A stretch of 64,000 nucleotides of DNA from an uncultured Candidatus Rokubacteria bacterium (GTDB taxonomy: Bacteria > Methylomirabilota > Methylomirabilia > Rokubacteriales > CSP1-6): positions 1 through 64,000 of the forward strand of contig CAWBMV010000035.1 of the NCBI GenBank assembly GCA_963789955.1, written 5' to 3'. The notes under the pieces were generated by a model. The model had not been told where the DNA came from. It searched no databases and saw only the letters and a list, made by a program, of their open reading frames with translations. The position numbers and the translations under genes are program-made. Shown here in pieces: positions 11,350 through 22,319 of the stretch. The stretch's first letter is position 1. Every line of letters begins with the position of its first letter.

Positions 11350-11538
11350 ATGCATGACACTGACGCCCGAGCCCACCAGATCCGTGTTCTGTCCGGGGTC
11401 GCCGGGTACCTCTGCTCGGCGCTCGAGGCGCTGGCGCGCAGCGACTGCGACTGGTACACGACCGATCTGCTGGAGCTGCTCTCCGCGATCGATGGGCAGA
11501 TCGCGGCGCTGCGGGAGCTCGACGCCGGGCTCGTCTGA
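11350..11538 (+). CDS. Small hypothetical protein (62 aa, predicted helical)
   Basis: GC3-biased codons; fills the gap between genes; TTGACA upstream at 11308. Confidence 0.5.
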   Translation: MHDTDARAHQIRVLSGVAGYLCSALEALARSDCDWYTTDLLELLSAIDGQIAALRELDAGLV

Positions 11539-11539
11539 T

Positions 11540-12689
11540 CTACCAGAACTCCCGCGTGGCGCGCCGGGCGCCTTCGGCCATGCTCGCGAGCTTCGCCCAC
11601 GCGATGTCCGGATCGACCGCGGCCTGCCCCACCCACGTGCCGAATCCACAGTCCGTTCCGGCGATGACGTTCTCGCGCCCGACCAGCCGCGCGTAGCGGC
11701 CGATGCGCTCGGCCACGAGGTCCGGGTGCTCGATGAAATTGGTCGTCGAGTCCAGGACGCCGGGGATGAGCACCTTGCCGGCCGGCAGCTTCACGCGCTC
11801 GAACACCCGCCATTCGTGCGCGTGGCGCGGATTGGCGGCCTCGAACGACACCGCCGCCGGCTTCGCGTCGAAGACGATGTCGATGATGTCGGCCAGCGCG
11901 ACGTCGTAGTGATGCGGGCCCTCGTAGTTGCCCCAGCACACGTGGAGCCTCGCGCGGTCCGCCGGCACGTTCGCGAGTGCCCGGTTCATCGCCTCGATGT
12001 GAAGCCGAGCCATCTTGCGGAACTCGTCGAGGCTCAGGTCGGCGAACTGGATGTGCCGCCCCATCCCGAGATCCGGGCAATCGAGCTGCACGACGAAGCC
12101 CGCCTTCACCACCGCCTCGTACTCGGGCCGCATCGCGTCGGCGATCGCGAACAGATAGGCCTCGTGGCTCGGGTAGTGATCGTTGCGGAAGAACAGCGAG
12201 ATCACGCCCGGCGAGGCGGCCGACATGAAGCCGCGCTCGGCCTTCGCCGCGTCGCACGCCGCGCGGAGATTCTCGGCGTCGGTCTCGGCCGCGCGCGGCT
12301 CGCGCACGCTGATCGGCCCGTCGCAGGCCGGCGTCCGTCGCCGCGACCGGCCGGGATCGCCGAAGACGCGCTTGGCCATCTCGGGAAAGTCCACGAGGTC
12401 GCGATACGTCAGCGGGATGGCTCGCGCCGCCGAAGCCGTTCAGGCGGTCCTTGACGTAGGTCGCGTAGCTCGGCTTGCTCATCTCACCGTCGTTCACGAT
12501 GGCGATGCCGGCCTTCACCTGCTTCTGCACGGCTTCGGCCACCGCGGCGCGGATGCGGGCCCCGAGGGCCGCCGCGTCGACGGGCACACCTTCTTCCTTC
12601 GCGTACATCATGCGGATCAAGTCCGCCGGACGCGGGAGACTGCCGGTGTGCGTGGTGAGGAATGCGTCGGTGCTGCGCGGCGTCGTCAT
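11540..12689 (-). CDS. Cobalamin-independent methionine synthase II / MetE C-terminal-like protein; frameshift near 12415
   Basis: TTHTGSLPRP, DGEMSK, HVCWGNYEGPH, TDCGF zinc ligands. Confidence 0.88.
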
Positions 12690-12760
12690 GGCGGCGCGAT
12701 GCTACCACACGCCCCGTCGCCCGCCAGCCGTGTCAACATACTCTGCGGCGCTCGTGTTGG

Positions 12761-12927
12761 CGGTGGAGCGGGGGCGAGGGGCCAGCGGGAGGGGTCGCGC
12801 GACCACGCGGCACGCGTGCGCTGCTCCGGGGCGGCTGGGCTCCATCCGGGCGCGCCGCATCCGATGTCCCTTGGAGGGAACGGGGCTCGTCGACCCCTCC
12901 CGCTGGCCCCTCGCCCCAGCTCCACCG
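12761..12927. repeat. 167-bp element bounded by 37-bp inverted repeats (MITE/REP-like or long RNA hairpin)
   Basis: 12761-12797 is the reverse complement of 12891-12927 at 36 of 37 positions. Confidence 0.8.
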
Positions 12928-12964
12928 GTCACGCGCAACGTGGCGCACTCGACAGGAGGGATCG

Positions 12965-13907
12965 TTGGAGCGTGGCGTGAGGCGGAGAGAGATCGAGGAG
13001 ATTCGGGAGGTTATTCGGCCGTATGTGCGGGTGACGCCGGTGGTGGAGGTCGGCGGAAAGGAGTTTGGGCTGGCGGATTTTCCGATCGTGCTGAAGCTCG
13101 AGCTCTTGCAGCATTCCGGCTCGTTCAAGGCGCGGGGGGCCTTCGCGAATCTGCTGACCCGCAAGATTCCGCGCGGTGGGCGTCGTCGCTGCGTCCGGCG
13201 GAAATCACGGGGCCGCGGTGGCGTACGCCGCCATGCGGCTCGGCGTGCCGGCCAAGATCTTCGTGCCGACCGTGTCGTCGCCGGCGAAGGTGGCGCGCAT
13301 CCGCGCGTACGGAGCCGATCTCGCCATCGTCGGTGATCGGTATGCCGACGCGCTCGCGGCCAGCGAGGCATGGGTCGCGCAGACGGCCGCGCTACCGGTG
13401 CACGCATTCGACCAGACCGAGACCTTGCTCGGCCAGGGAACGCTCGGCATGGAGCTCGCGGAGCAGGCGACGGTCGACACGGTGCTGGTGTCGGTCGGTG
13501 GCGGAGGCCTGATCGGCGGGGTGGCGGCGTGGTTCGCCGGATCGGTCAAGGTCGTCGGCGTCGAGCCCGAGTTGGCGCCGACTCTGACGGAGGCCCTGAA
13601 GGCCGGACGACCCGTCGATGCGCCGGCGGGCGGCATCGCCGCCGATTCGCTGGCGCCCCGCCGCGTCGGCGAGCTGATGTTTCCGATCGCGCGCGCTCAC
13701 GTCGCCCGCGTGGTGCTCGTGAGCGACGAGGCGATCCGCCGGGCGCAAGAGGCGCTGTGGAGCGCGGTCCGAATCGTGGCCGAGCCGGGCGGCGCGGCCG
13801 CGTTCGCGGCGCTGCTGAGCGGGGCTTACGCGCCGACGGCGGGCGAGCGGGTCGGCGTCGTCGTCAGCGGCGGCAACTCCACCGCGGTCGATTTCGGTCG
13901 CGCCTGA
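12965..13907 (+). CDS. PLP-dependent threonine/serine dehydratase family; frameshift near 13175
   Basis: LKLELLQHSGSFKARGA, ASGGNHG, VGGGGL, VAEPGG, SGGN; AGGAGG RBS before TTG. Confidence 0.88.
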
Positions 13908-13926
13908 CGGCGCCCGCGCGCTCCGC

Positions 13927-14526
13927 CTAGATGATCGCGAAATGCGCTTCGGTCGTCCGGCCGCTGCGGCCGTTGATCGGCAGAATGTCTTGCGGACAGG
14001 CGGAGAGCGCGATGACCAGATCCATCTCGGCGCGGAACACCACGTAGCTGCCCGGCTGCGAGACCGGGTCGCCCCACGCGAGCTGGCCGTCGGCCGTCCA
14101 CGGAATGTTCATGAACAGGTTCAGCGACGGCGGCGTGGCGCGGATCACCACGCCGAGGTTCGCGAGCGCCGAGTGCAGGTTGTCCCGGCAGTTGTCGTGA
14201 TAGCCCTCGACGCCGAGCAGGCCGTAGCGCCACCGGTCGCACGGCGCCATCAAGGTGTCGTGGGCGCACCGCGACGTGTCCTCGACGAGGGTGAGGATCG
14301 GCTTTCGCTGGTTGGTGACGAACGTGTCGCCGACCGCCGCCGCGAGCTTCATGAACGAGGCGCGGCTGGCCTCCATCGACATCCACTCCGTCAGATCGCG
14401 TGCGTTGAAGGCCCACGCATCGACGACCTGCGTGCCGTGGGTGTTGACGACCTTGATGTGCTGGCCGGCGCCCGCCTGCGCCGCCTTGCCCCCACGGGCC
14501 GGAATCGTGACGAGCTCAGCGCTCAC
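13927..14526 (-). CDS. DUF1989 (urea carboxylase-associated family) protein
   Basis: GTQVVDAW, HDTLMAPCD, NCRDNL, NLFMN, SACPQD. Confidence 0.88.
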   Translation of the reverse strand: MSAELVTIPARGGKAAQAGAGQHIKVVNTHGTQVVDAWAFNARDLTEWMSMEASRASFMKLAAAVGDTFVTNQRKPILTLVEDTSRCAHDTLMAPCDRWRYGLLGVEGYHDNCRDNLHSALANLGVVIRATPPSLNLFMNIPWTADGQLAWGDPVSQPGSYVVFRAEMDLVIALSACPQDILPINGRSGRTTEAHFAII

Positions 14527-15053
14527 TTGGGAGTCCCCCTTTCGGGCTTCTCACGGTAGTACGAGTTGATGCCGGTGTCCGGAGGCGAGCCGCTCGTCAT
14601 CGTGAGCATCGTGGCGAGCTCACTCCGGTGGTGGGCCGCGTGGGTCGGGACGTGGAGCAGCAGCATGCCGAGCGGCCGGCTGTACGTCCGGCCCTCGGGG
14701 GTCTTGCCGTCGAGCGACCGCCACAAGTCGGCCTCGGCGAGGCCGGCCAGAAACGTCCGCTGCTCGCCCTCGAGCTCGTCCCACTTTCGGCGGAGCTCGC
14801 CGAGATCGCGAATGACCAGGCCGTAGGTCGGATCGCCGCGGACGACCGCGGGCGGGCTGCCCCGCCACGTCGCGAGCCAGAACCAGTCGGCGCCGTACAT
14901 GTGCACGAGCATCGCACGCAGCGACGACTCGCTGAACTGCTTGCCGATCTCGCGCCCGGCGGCCTCGTCACCGAGCGCCGCCACCACGTCGAAGAGCCGG
15001 CGATTGGCCCAGTGATGGTAGGCCCAGTACTCTCGGATCAGCTCGACGCTCAT
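14523..15053 (-). CDS. DinB family protein
   Basis: YHHWANRRL, SLRAMLVHM, LLHVPTHAAHHRSE His motif. Confidence 0.85.
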   Translation of the reverse strand: MSVELIREYWAYHHWANRRLFDVVAALGDEAAGREIGKQFSESSLRAMLVHMYGADWFWLATWRGSPPAVVRGDPTYGLVIRDLGELRRKWDELEGEQRTFLAGLAEADLWRSLDGKTPEGRTYSRPLGMLLLHVPTHAAHHRSELATMLTMTSGSPPDTGINSYYREKPERGTPK

Positions 15054-15877
15054 GATCCGCTCCGGAGACCGTGGCCTCCGCGATAGTCGGACGCCGCCGG
15101 CGGCGTCCAGCCCGCGAGCAGATCGGGCGCCGGCTGCCAGATCTCGACCCCGAGCGGCCGGCACGTGGCGAGCGCATCGCCGGCGCCGGGCCCCCACACC
15201 GCCACCGAGAGATCGCCGTGCGGACACACCGAGATCGCGGCCAGCACGTCGATCTCGGCGAAGAACTCGACGAAATCACCGGTGCGCGCCGGACTCGGCT
15301 TGACGAAGTAGCGTCCCTCGGGGGTGAGCCCGGTGACCTGGAAGACGTTGAGCACGTCGTGCACGTCGAGCTCGGTCAGGTGAAAGGGCGCGACCGCGCG
15401 CACGAGATTGCTGTGACAGCAGAGGTCGAACTCCTCGCCGTTGAGCAGCTTGTGGACGTACGGGTCGCACCGCGTCCCGAGCAAGTCGTGACAGCCGCCG
15501 CCGTCCTCGTCGCGCCCGTAGCGGACGCTGTCGCCGGTCATCGTCAACATCGGCCTGAGGTACGGCAGGCACGACCACAGCCGGTCGAAGGGCGTGAGGT
15601 GCGCCTGGTGGAGCTGGCGCGTGCGCGACGCCCAGAAACGCTCGCGCGGGTTCGCCAGGCTCCACACGTTCAGATCCGCCACCTGCGGCCCCTCGACGGC
15701 GACGATCCGGAAGATCTGCCCGGCACGCACCGGCCACGCCCGGCCCGTCCGCCGGGGCACGACGAACCGGTCGACCAGGGTGCGCTTGCCGGTCTCACGC
15801 GCCAGTCGACCGTAGAGCTCGCGGTCGACCTCGAGTGGTGAGCCGGGCTTTGCGTCGTAGATCACGCGCGGTCGCAT
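15050..15877 (-). CDS. DUF1989 (urea carboxylase-associated family) protein
   Basis: GPQVADLN, CHDLLGTRCDP, CCHSNL, HDVLNVFQ, SVCPHGD. Confidence 0.88.
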   Translation of the reverse strand: MRPRVIYDAKPGSPLEVDRELYGRLARETGKRTLVDRFVVPRRTGRAWPVRAGQIFRIVAVEGPQVADLNVWSLANPRERFWASRTRQLHQAHLTPFDRLWSCLPYLRPMLTMTGDSVRYGRDEDGGGCHDLLGTRCDPYVHKLLNGEEFDLCCHSNLVRAVAPFHLTELDVHDVLNVFQVTGLTPEGRYFVKPSPARTGDFVEFFAEIDVLAAISVCPHGDLSVAVWGPGAGDALATCRPLGVEIWQPAPDLLAGWTPPAASDYRGGHGLRSGS

Positions 15878-16046
15878 GTGCTGGGAGAAGGCGGCTCCTC
15901 TCCTATCTCAACGCGGCGCCTGGGCCCACGGTTGCACGCGCAGCGGGCAGTCGCGCCGACGTTGACAATCCCTGATCAGGCATAGTCTGATACCGGCCAG
16001 CCGGATCAGAATGCCGCATGATAGCGCCGATCAGGGAGGTCCAGCC

Positions 16047-17312
16047 ATGAGAGTGTTGCGCGTGACCACGGCAATCGCACTGTTCCTCGGGCTCGTCGGC
16101 TTCGTCGCCGGCACCGACGCCCAGCAGTGCCCCAAGGGTAAGCTCCGCCTCTACACGTCGTGGCCGATGCAGGGCGCGATGCTGCCCGAGGGCACCGGCA
16201 TGAAGAACGGCGTCGACCTCGCGGTGGCCGAGGTCAACGGCGTCGTCGCGGGCTACTGCCTCGAGATCGTGAACCTGGACGACGCCTCGCCGCAAACCGG
16301 CAAGTGGGACGGCGCGGTCGAGGCCGAGAACGCGAACAAGGCGGTCGGCGATCCGCTGGCGATCGTGTACATCGGGACCTACAACTCCGGCGCCGCCAAG
16401 GTGTCGATCCCGATCACGAACCGCGCGCACATGGCGCAGGTCACGCCGGCCAACACCTATCCCGGGCTGACGAAGAAGCGCGGCGCTGCGCCGGGTGAGC
16501 CGGAGATCTACCGGCCCGGCGGGTTCGTGAACTACTTCCGGCCGATCCCGGCCGACGACATCCAGGGCGCGGTCGGCGCCAAGTGGGCCAAGCGTCTCGG
16601 CGTCAAGAAGGTGTTCATCCTCAACGACCAGGAGCTCTACGGCAAGGGCATCGCCGACGTCTTCGAGGCCACCGCGAAGAAGATCGGGCTGCCCGTCGTC
16701 GCCAACGAGGGCATCGACTGGAAGCAGCCCGACCAGAAGCCGGTGCTGACGAAGGTCCGGGCCTCCGGCGCGGACCTCGTCTACCTGGGCGGCGTCATCG
16801 AGACCGGCGCGCAGGTGATCATCCGGCAGATGAAGGAAGTCGGGCTCGTCGCGCCGCGGACGCGCTTCATGGGACCGGACGGGCTGCTGGAAGAAGAGCT
16901 CCTGAAGGGCGCCACGTGCGAGGCCGCCCTGGCGACCGACATGCGCGTCACGTTCGCCGGTCTGCCGTTCGAGAAGATGCGCGGCGTCGGCGCCAAGACG
17001 TACGAGACCTACAAGACGAAGTACGGGAAGGAGCCGACCTCGTACGCGCTGTACGCCGCCGAGGGCGGCCGCGTGATCGTCGACGCCATCAAGCGGGCCG
17101 CGCCGCAGATCGAGAAGGCGAAGGACGTCACCGAGAAGCGCGAGGCCGTGCGCAAGGCGATCGCCTCCACCAAGAACTTCGAGGGCATCAACGGCAAGTG
17201 GAGCTTCGACGAGAACGGCGACGTCGACTACGACACCATGTCCGGCTTCAAGGTGATGAAGGCCGAGGGGCCGATCGGCTGCAAGTTCCAGTTCGAGTCC
17301 ATCCTCGAGTAG
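16047..17312 (+). CDS. Branched-chain amino acid-type ABC substrate-binding protein (LivK-like)
   Basis: Signal peptide; YIGTYNSGAAK, NTYPGLT, YGKGIAD; GGAGG RBS. Confidence 0.9.
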   Translation: MRVLRVTTAIALFLGLVGFVAGTDAQQCPKGKLRLYTSWPMQGAMLPEGTGMKNGVDLAVAEVNGVVAGYCLEIVNLDDASPQTGKWDGAVEAENANKAVGDPLAIVYIGTYNSGAAKVSIPITNRAHMAQVTPANTYPGLTKKRGAAPGEPEIYRPGGFVNYFRPIPADDIQGAVGAKWAKRLGVKKVFILNDQELYGKGIADVFEATAKKIGLPVVANEGIDWKQPDQKPVLTKVRASGADLVYLGGVIETGAQVIIRQMKEVGLVAPRTRFMGPDGLLEEELLKGATCEAALATDMRVTFAGLPFEKMRGVGAKTYETYKTKYGKEPTSYALYAAEGGRVIVDAIKRAAPQIEKAKDVTEKREAVRKAIASTKNFEGINGKWSFDENGDVDYDTMSGFKVMKAEGPIGCKFQFESILE

Positions 17313-17466
17313 CGGCCTCGAACGGAGCGCCGGCTCGGCGCCCGACTTCGCGACGCAGGCCGCGATCCGCGGCCCTCGAGACCGCGAGCGCCCCGAGGGA
17401 GCGACGGCTGCGCGTCTCCGAGCGAGCTGGGGGCCCTGAGCCCACATCTCCTAACGCCCCCCACCA

Positions 17467-18405
17467 ATGAACTGGTGGGAGGTACTCGTCCAGCAGACCA
17501 TCAACGGCCTGACGCGCGGGGCCGTCTTCGCGCTGATCGCGCTCGGCTACACGATGGTCTACGGGATCATCGAGCTCATCAACTTCGCGCACGGCGACGT
17601 CTTCATGCTGGGCCTCTTCATCTCGCTCGCCTGGTTCGCGCTGCTCGGCGTCACGAAGACCTTGACCGGCTGGGAGCTCGTGACGATCCTGCCGCTCGTC
17701 TTCGTCCTGACCATGCTCACCACGGCGGCGCTCAACGTGACGATCGACCGCGTCGCCTACCGCCCGCTGCGCCGCTCGACGCGGCTGGCGCCGCTGATCA
17801 CCGCCATCGGCGTGTCGTTCATGCTGGAGAATCTGGCGCTCCTCTGGAAGGGCCCGGCGCCCATCGCGTATCCCGACGTGTTTCCGTCGGTCGACATCCT
17901 GCGCGAGTGGTTCGGCGTCGATTCGGCGATCTTCATCACCACCAAGGACGTGCTCGTGGTGGGCGCGACGATTCCGCTGATGATCGCGCTCAACTACTTC
18001 GTGACCCGGACGCGCTGGGGCAAGGCCATGCGGGCGACGGCGCAGGATCGCGAGACCGCGCAGGCGATGGGCATCAACGTCGAGCGCGTCATCCTGGTGA
18101 CGTTCTTCGTCGGCGGCGCGCTGGCGGGCGCGGCCGGGTTGATCCAGGGCATCTACTACAACATCGGCATGTGGTGGATGGGCTACCAGGCGGGCCTGCG
18201 CGCCTTCACGGCGGCGGTGCTCGGCGGCATCGGCAACATGCCCGGCGCCGCGCTCGGCGGGCTCTTCATCGGATTTCTCTCGGCGTGGAGCGACCAGTAC
18301 ATCTCCGCGCGCTGGACCAACGCGATCGTCTTCGCGATCCTCATCCTGGTGCTCGTCTTCCGTCCCCAGGGACTCCTCGGCGCCCGATCGCCGGACAAGG
18401 TATGA
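17467..18405 (+). CDS. livH: Branched-chain amino acid ABC permease LivH
   Basis: ALIALGYTMVYGIIELINFAHG, AAVLGGIG, RPQGLLG. Confidence 0.92.
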   Translation: MNWWEVLVQQTINGLTRGAVFALIALGYTMVYGIIELINFAHGDVFMLGLFISLAWFALLGVTKTLTGWELVTILPLVFVLTMLTTAALNVTIDRVAYRPLRRSTRLAPLITAIGVSFMLENLALLWKGPAPIAYPDVFPSVDILREWFGVDSAIFITTKDVLVVGATIPLMIALNYFVTRTRWGKAMRATAQDRETAQAMGINVERVILVTFFVGGALAGAAGLIQGIYYNIGMWWMGYQAGLRAFTAAVLGGIGNMPGAALGGLFIGFLSAWSDQYISARWTNAIVFAILILVLVFRPQGLLGARSPDKV

Positions 18406-19587
18406 CGCCGGCGCTCCGCTGGACGGCGCTGGTCGTGGCGCTGCTCGCCTATCCGTTCGTCGACCGCGCGCTCGGGATCCAGACGGTGCACGCGGTCTCC
18501 GACGGCATGATCTACGTGCTGCTCGCGCTCGGCCTCAACATCGTCGTCGGCTACGCGGGCCTGCTCGACCTGGGGTACGCGGCGTTCTTCGCGATCGGCG
18601 CCTACGCGATGGGCCTCTTGAACTCGCCGGTCGCTCGGCTCGCCGCTCTACGGACACGGCTGGAGCTTCTGGCTCTGCATCTGGATCGCCGCGGCGGTGT
18701 CGGCGCTGCTCGGCACCGTGATCGGCGCGCCGACCTTGCGGGTGCGCGGCGACTATCTCGCGATCATCACGCTCGGGTTCGGCGAGATCATCCCGGTCGC
18801 GATCCGCAATCTCGGCGACATCACGGTCGACATCGGGGGCTGGCGCCCGGTCGAGCGGCTCAACCTGACCGGCGGCGAGAACGGCGTCAACCCGATCGGC
18901 CGCCCGCACCTGCCCGGGCGTGCCGTTCGAGACCGATCCCGTGCCGTGGTACTTCCTGATCCTCGTCATCGGCGTCCTGTCGATCTGGGCGATGACCCGG
19001 CTCCACGATTCGCGCCTGGGCCGCGCGTGGATGGCGATCCGCGAGGACGAGACCGCCGCCGATTGCACCGGCGTCAACCCGATCTCGACCAAGCTCCTGG
19101 CGTTCGCGCTCGGCGCCTCGTTCTCGGGCTTCGCCGGCTCGGTCTACGCCGCGAAGCTCCAGGCCATCACGCCGGGCGCGTTCGAGTTCCAGGTGTCGAT
19201 CATGCTCCTGTGCATGGTCGTGCTCGGCGGCGCCGGCAGCATCAAGGGCGTGATCCTCGGCGGCATGCTCATCACGATCTTCGACCGCGTCGTGCTCTCG
19301 CAGACGACGTTCTTCGTGCGCTGGATCGGACGCACGCACCGGCGTGCACGCACTGACGGTGGCCGACGTCACGCTGTGGCGCTGGTTCTTCTTCGGACTC
19401 GGGCTCGTGCTCGTGATGCTGCTGAAGCCCGAAGGCCTGGCCGGCCGCCGGGTCCGTCCGATCGCGCCGACCGACGACGAGCTCGACGCGCCTCGCGATC
19501 GAGGAAGCGCCGCGCCGCACGGCCGCCCTGCCGGCGTGGCTCCTCGAGAGTGCCCGGCGTTCGGCCGCGCCCGATCCGATTCTCGAC
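18402..19587 (+). CDS. livM: Branched-chain amino acid ABC permease LivM; several frameshifts; probably fused to the following ATPase
   Basis: GLNIVVGYAGLLDLG, LRVRGDYLAIITLGFGEI, GRAWMAIREDE spread over successive frames. Confidence 0.82.
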
Positions 19588-20348
19588 GTGCGCGGGGTCG
19601 CCAAGCGCTTCGGCGGCGTCGTGGCCCTCGGCGAGGTCGACCTGGTCGTCCCGCGCGGCGCCATCATCGGGCTGATCGGCCCCAACGGCGCCGGCAAGAC
19701 CACGTTCTTCAACATCGTGACCGGCCTCATCTCGCCCGACGAGGGCCGCATCGTGTTCGCGGGCACCAGCATCGTGGGACTCCGGCCGAACGCGATCGTC
19801 GGGCGCGGGATCGCGCGCACCTTCCAGTCGATCCGGCTCTTCCCGCAGATGACCGTGCTGGAGAACGTGCTGGTGGGCGAGCACTGCCGCCTGCGCGCGA
19901 GCGTACCCGGCGCCGTGCTGCGTCCGGCATCGGTCGTGGCCGAAGAGGCCCGCGCTCGCGAGCGGGCGCGCGAGCTGCTCGCGTTCATCGGCCTCGACGG
20001 CAAAGGAGACGATCTCGCGCGCAACCTGCCGTACGGCGACCAGCGCCGGCTCGAGATCGCCCGCGCGCTCGCGACCGAGCCGCGGCTCCTCCTGCTCGAC
20101 GAGCCGACCGCGGGCATGAACCCGCGCGAGACCGAGAACCTGACCGACCTTGATCGGGTCGCTGCGCCGCGAGCTCGACCTGGCCATTCTCCTGATCGAG
20201 CACGACATGGAAGTGGTGATGGGCATTTCCGACCGCATCACCGTGCTCGACTACGGCGTGCGCATCGCCGAGGGCACGCCGGCGGAGATCCAGCGGCATC
20301 CCAAGGTGATCGAAGCCTATCTGGGCACGGGCTACGAGCGCGAGCCGC

Positions 20349-20356
<8 letters not shown>
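19588..20356 (+). CDS. livG: ABC ATPase LivG; frameshift near 20150
   Basis: [37 protein letters not shown]. Confidence 0.88.
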
Positions 20357-21056
<700 letters not shown>

Positions 21057-21062
21057 CGCGGG

Positions 21063-22315
21063 TCAGCGGCGCGGCGTCAGGCCCTCGAGATCGAGCGCGG
21101 GCATGCGGCCCGCTCATCAGGTCGGCGACGATCCGGGCGGTGCCGCACGCCATCGTCCATCCCATGTGGCCGTGCCCGCTGTTGAAGAAGAGGTTGCGAT
21201 GGCGGCCGAGCCCGAGAATCGGCGGCCCGTCTGGCGTCATCGGGCGCAGGCACGCGCGATACTCGCCCCGGTCGTAGTCGGCGGCGTCCGGGAAGAGATC
21301 GCGCGCGAGCTTCAAGATGTTGTTGAAGTCGCGCGGCGTCCAGCCCCAGTCGTAGCCGGCGAACTCCGCGGTCGACGTCAGCCGCAGCCGATCGCCCAGG
21401 CGTGACCAGCCGACCAGCCATTTCTCGTCGACGCCCGGCACCATCGGCGCGCGGCCGCCGGGCTTCAGCGGGAACGTCGACGAATAGCCCTTCGCCGGAT
21501 AGACCGGAAGGCTCACGCCGGCCGTGCGCGCGACGATCGGCGCGCCGACGCCGAGCGCCAGCACGTAGTTGTCCGCCGTGAGCACGCCCGCGTTCGTGAG
21601 CGCCGCGTCGATCCGGTCGCCGCCGGCCTGCAGCGCCGTCACGCGGGTGCCGAGCTTCACGACGACGCCGAGCTTCTCGCGACAGACGCGCGCGAGATTC
21701 TCGACGAAGACGCGCGAATCACCGCTCGAGTCCCCGACGTCGCGGATCGCGCCGGCGATCTTGGCCTGGACGGGCTCGAAGACCGGATCGAGCTGGGCCA
21801 CGCCGCGCGCGTCGAGGATCTCCTGCTTCTGCCCGTGCTCGGCGAGGAGCGCCATCTTCTTCACGCCGGCCTCGAGCTCGGCGCCATCGCGGTAGAGATA
21901 GAGCGCGCCTCTTCGTGATCGCGTGGTACTCGATCTGCTCGGCCCGCACCAGGTCGTTCATCACCGACTGGCTGTACTGGCAGAGCCGCAGCTTGATCAG
22001 GGTGTTCCGGCGCGCCCGGTCCGCGGTGCACTCGCGCAGGAAGCGCAGGCCCCACGTGTACAGGCGAAGGTCGGTCGTCGGCCGGATGCGGATCGCCGTC
22101 TCGCCGCCACGCAGCGAGTCCCACAGCATGCGCGGCGCGCGCGGCGACGCCCACGCGAACGAGTGGCCCGGCGCGATGATCCCGGCGTTGCCGGAGCTCG
22201 CCTCGAGGCCGAGCCCGTCCTTCTCCTCGAGGATCGTGACCTCGTGGCCCGCCTTGGCCAGGAAGTAGGCCGTCGTCACGCCGACCACGCCGCCGCCGAG
22301 CACGAGCGTCTTCAT
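21063..22315 (-). CDS. D-amino acid dehydrogenase (DadA family); frameshifts near 21905 and 21105
   Basis: VLGGGVVG, YPAKGYS, CLRPMTPDGPP, GHGHMGWTMACG. Confidence 0.85.
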
Positions 22316-22319
22316 GGGA

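Noticed and set aside
15878..15960. Guanidine riboswitch upstream of the DUF1989 genes
   Set aside because: No conserved ykkC or mini-ykkC features recognised by eye; needs Infernal to exclude
4113..17360. Short shared strings (TTCGCGACGCAG, CGCGGCGTTTC, CTCCTAACG) in several intergenic regions
   Set aside because: 9-12-mers of this composition are expected by chance in 64 kb; no consistent position or symmetry
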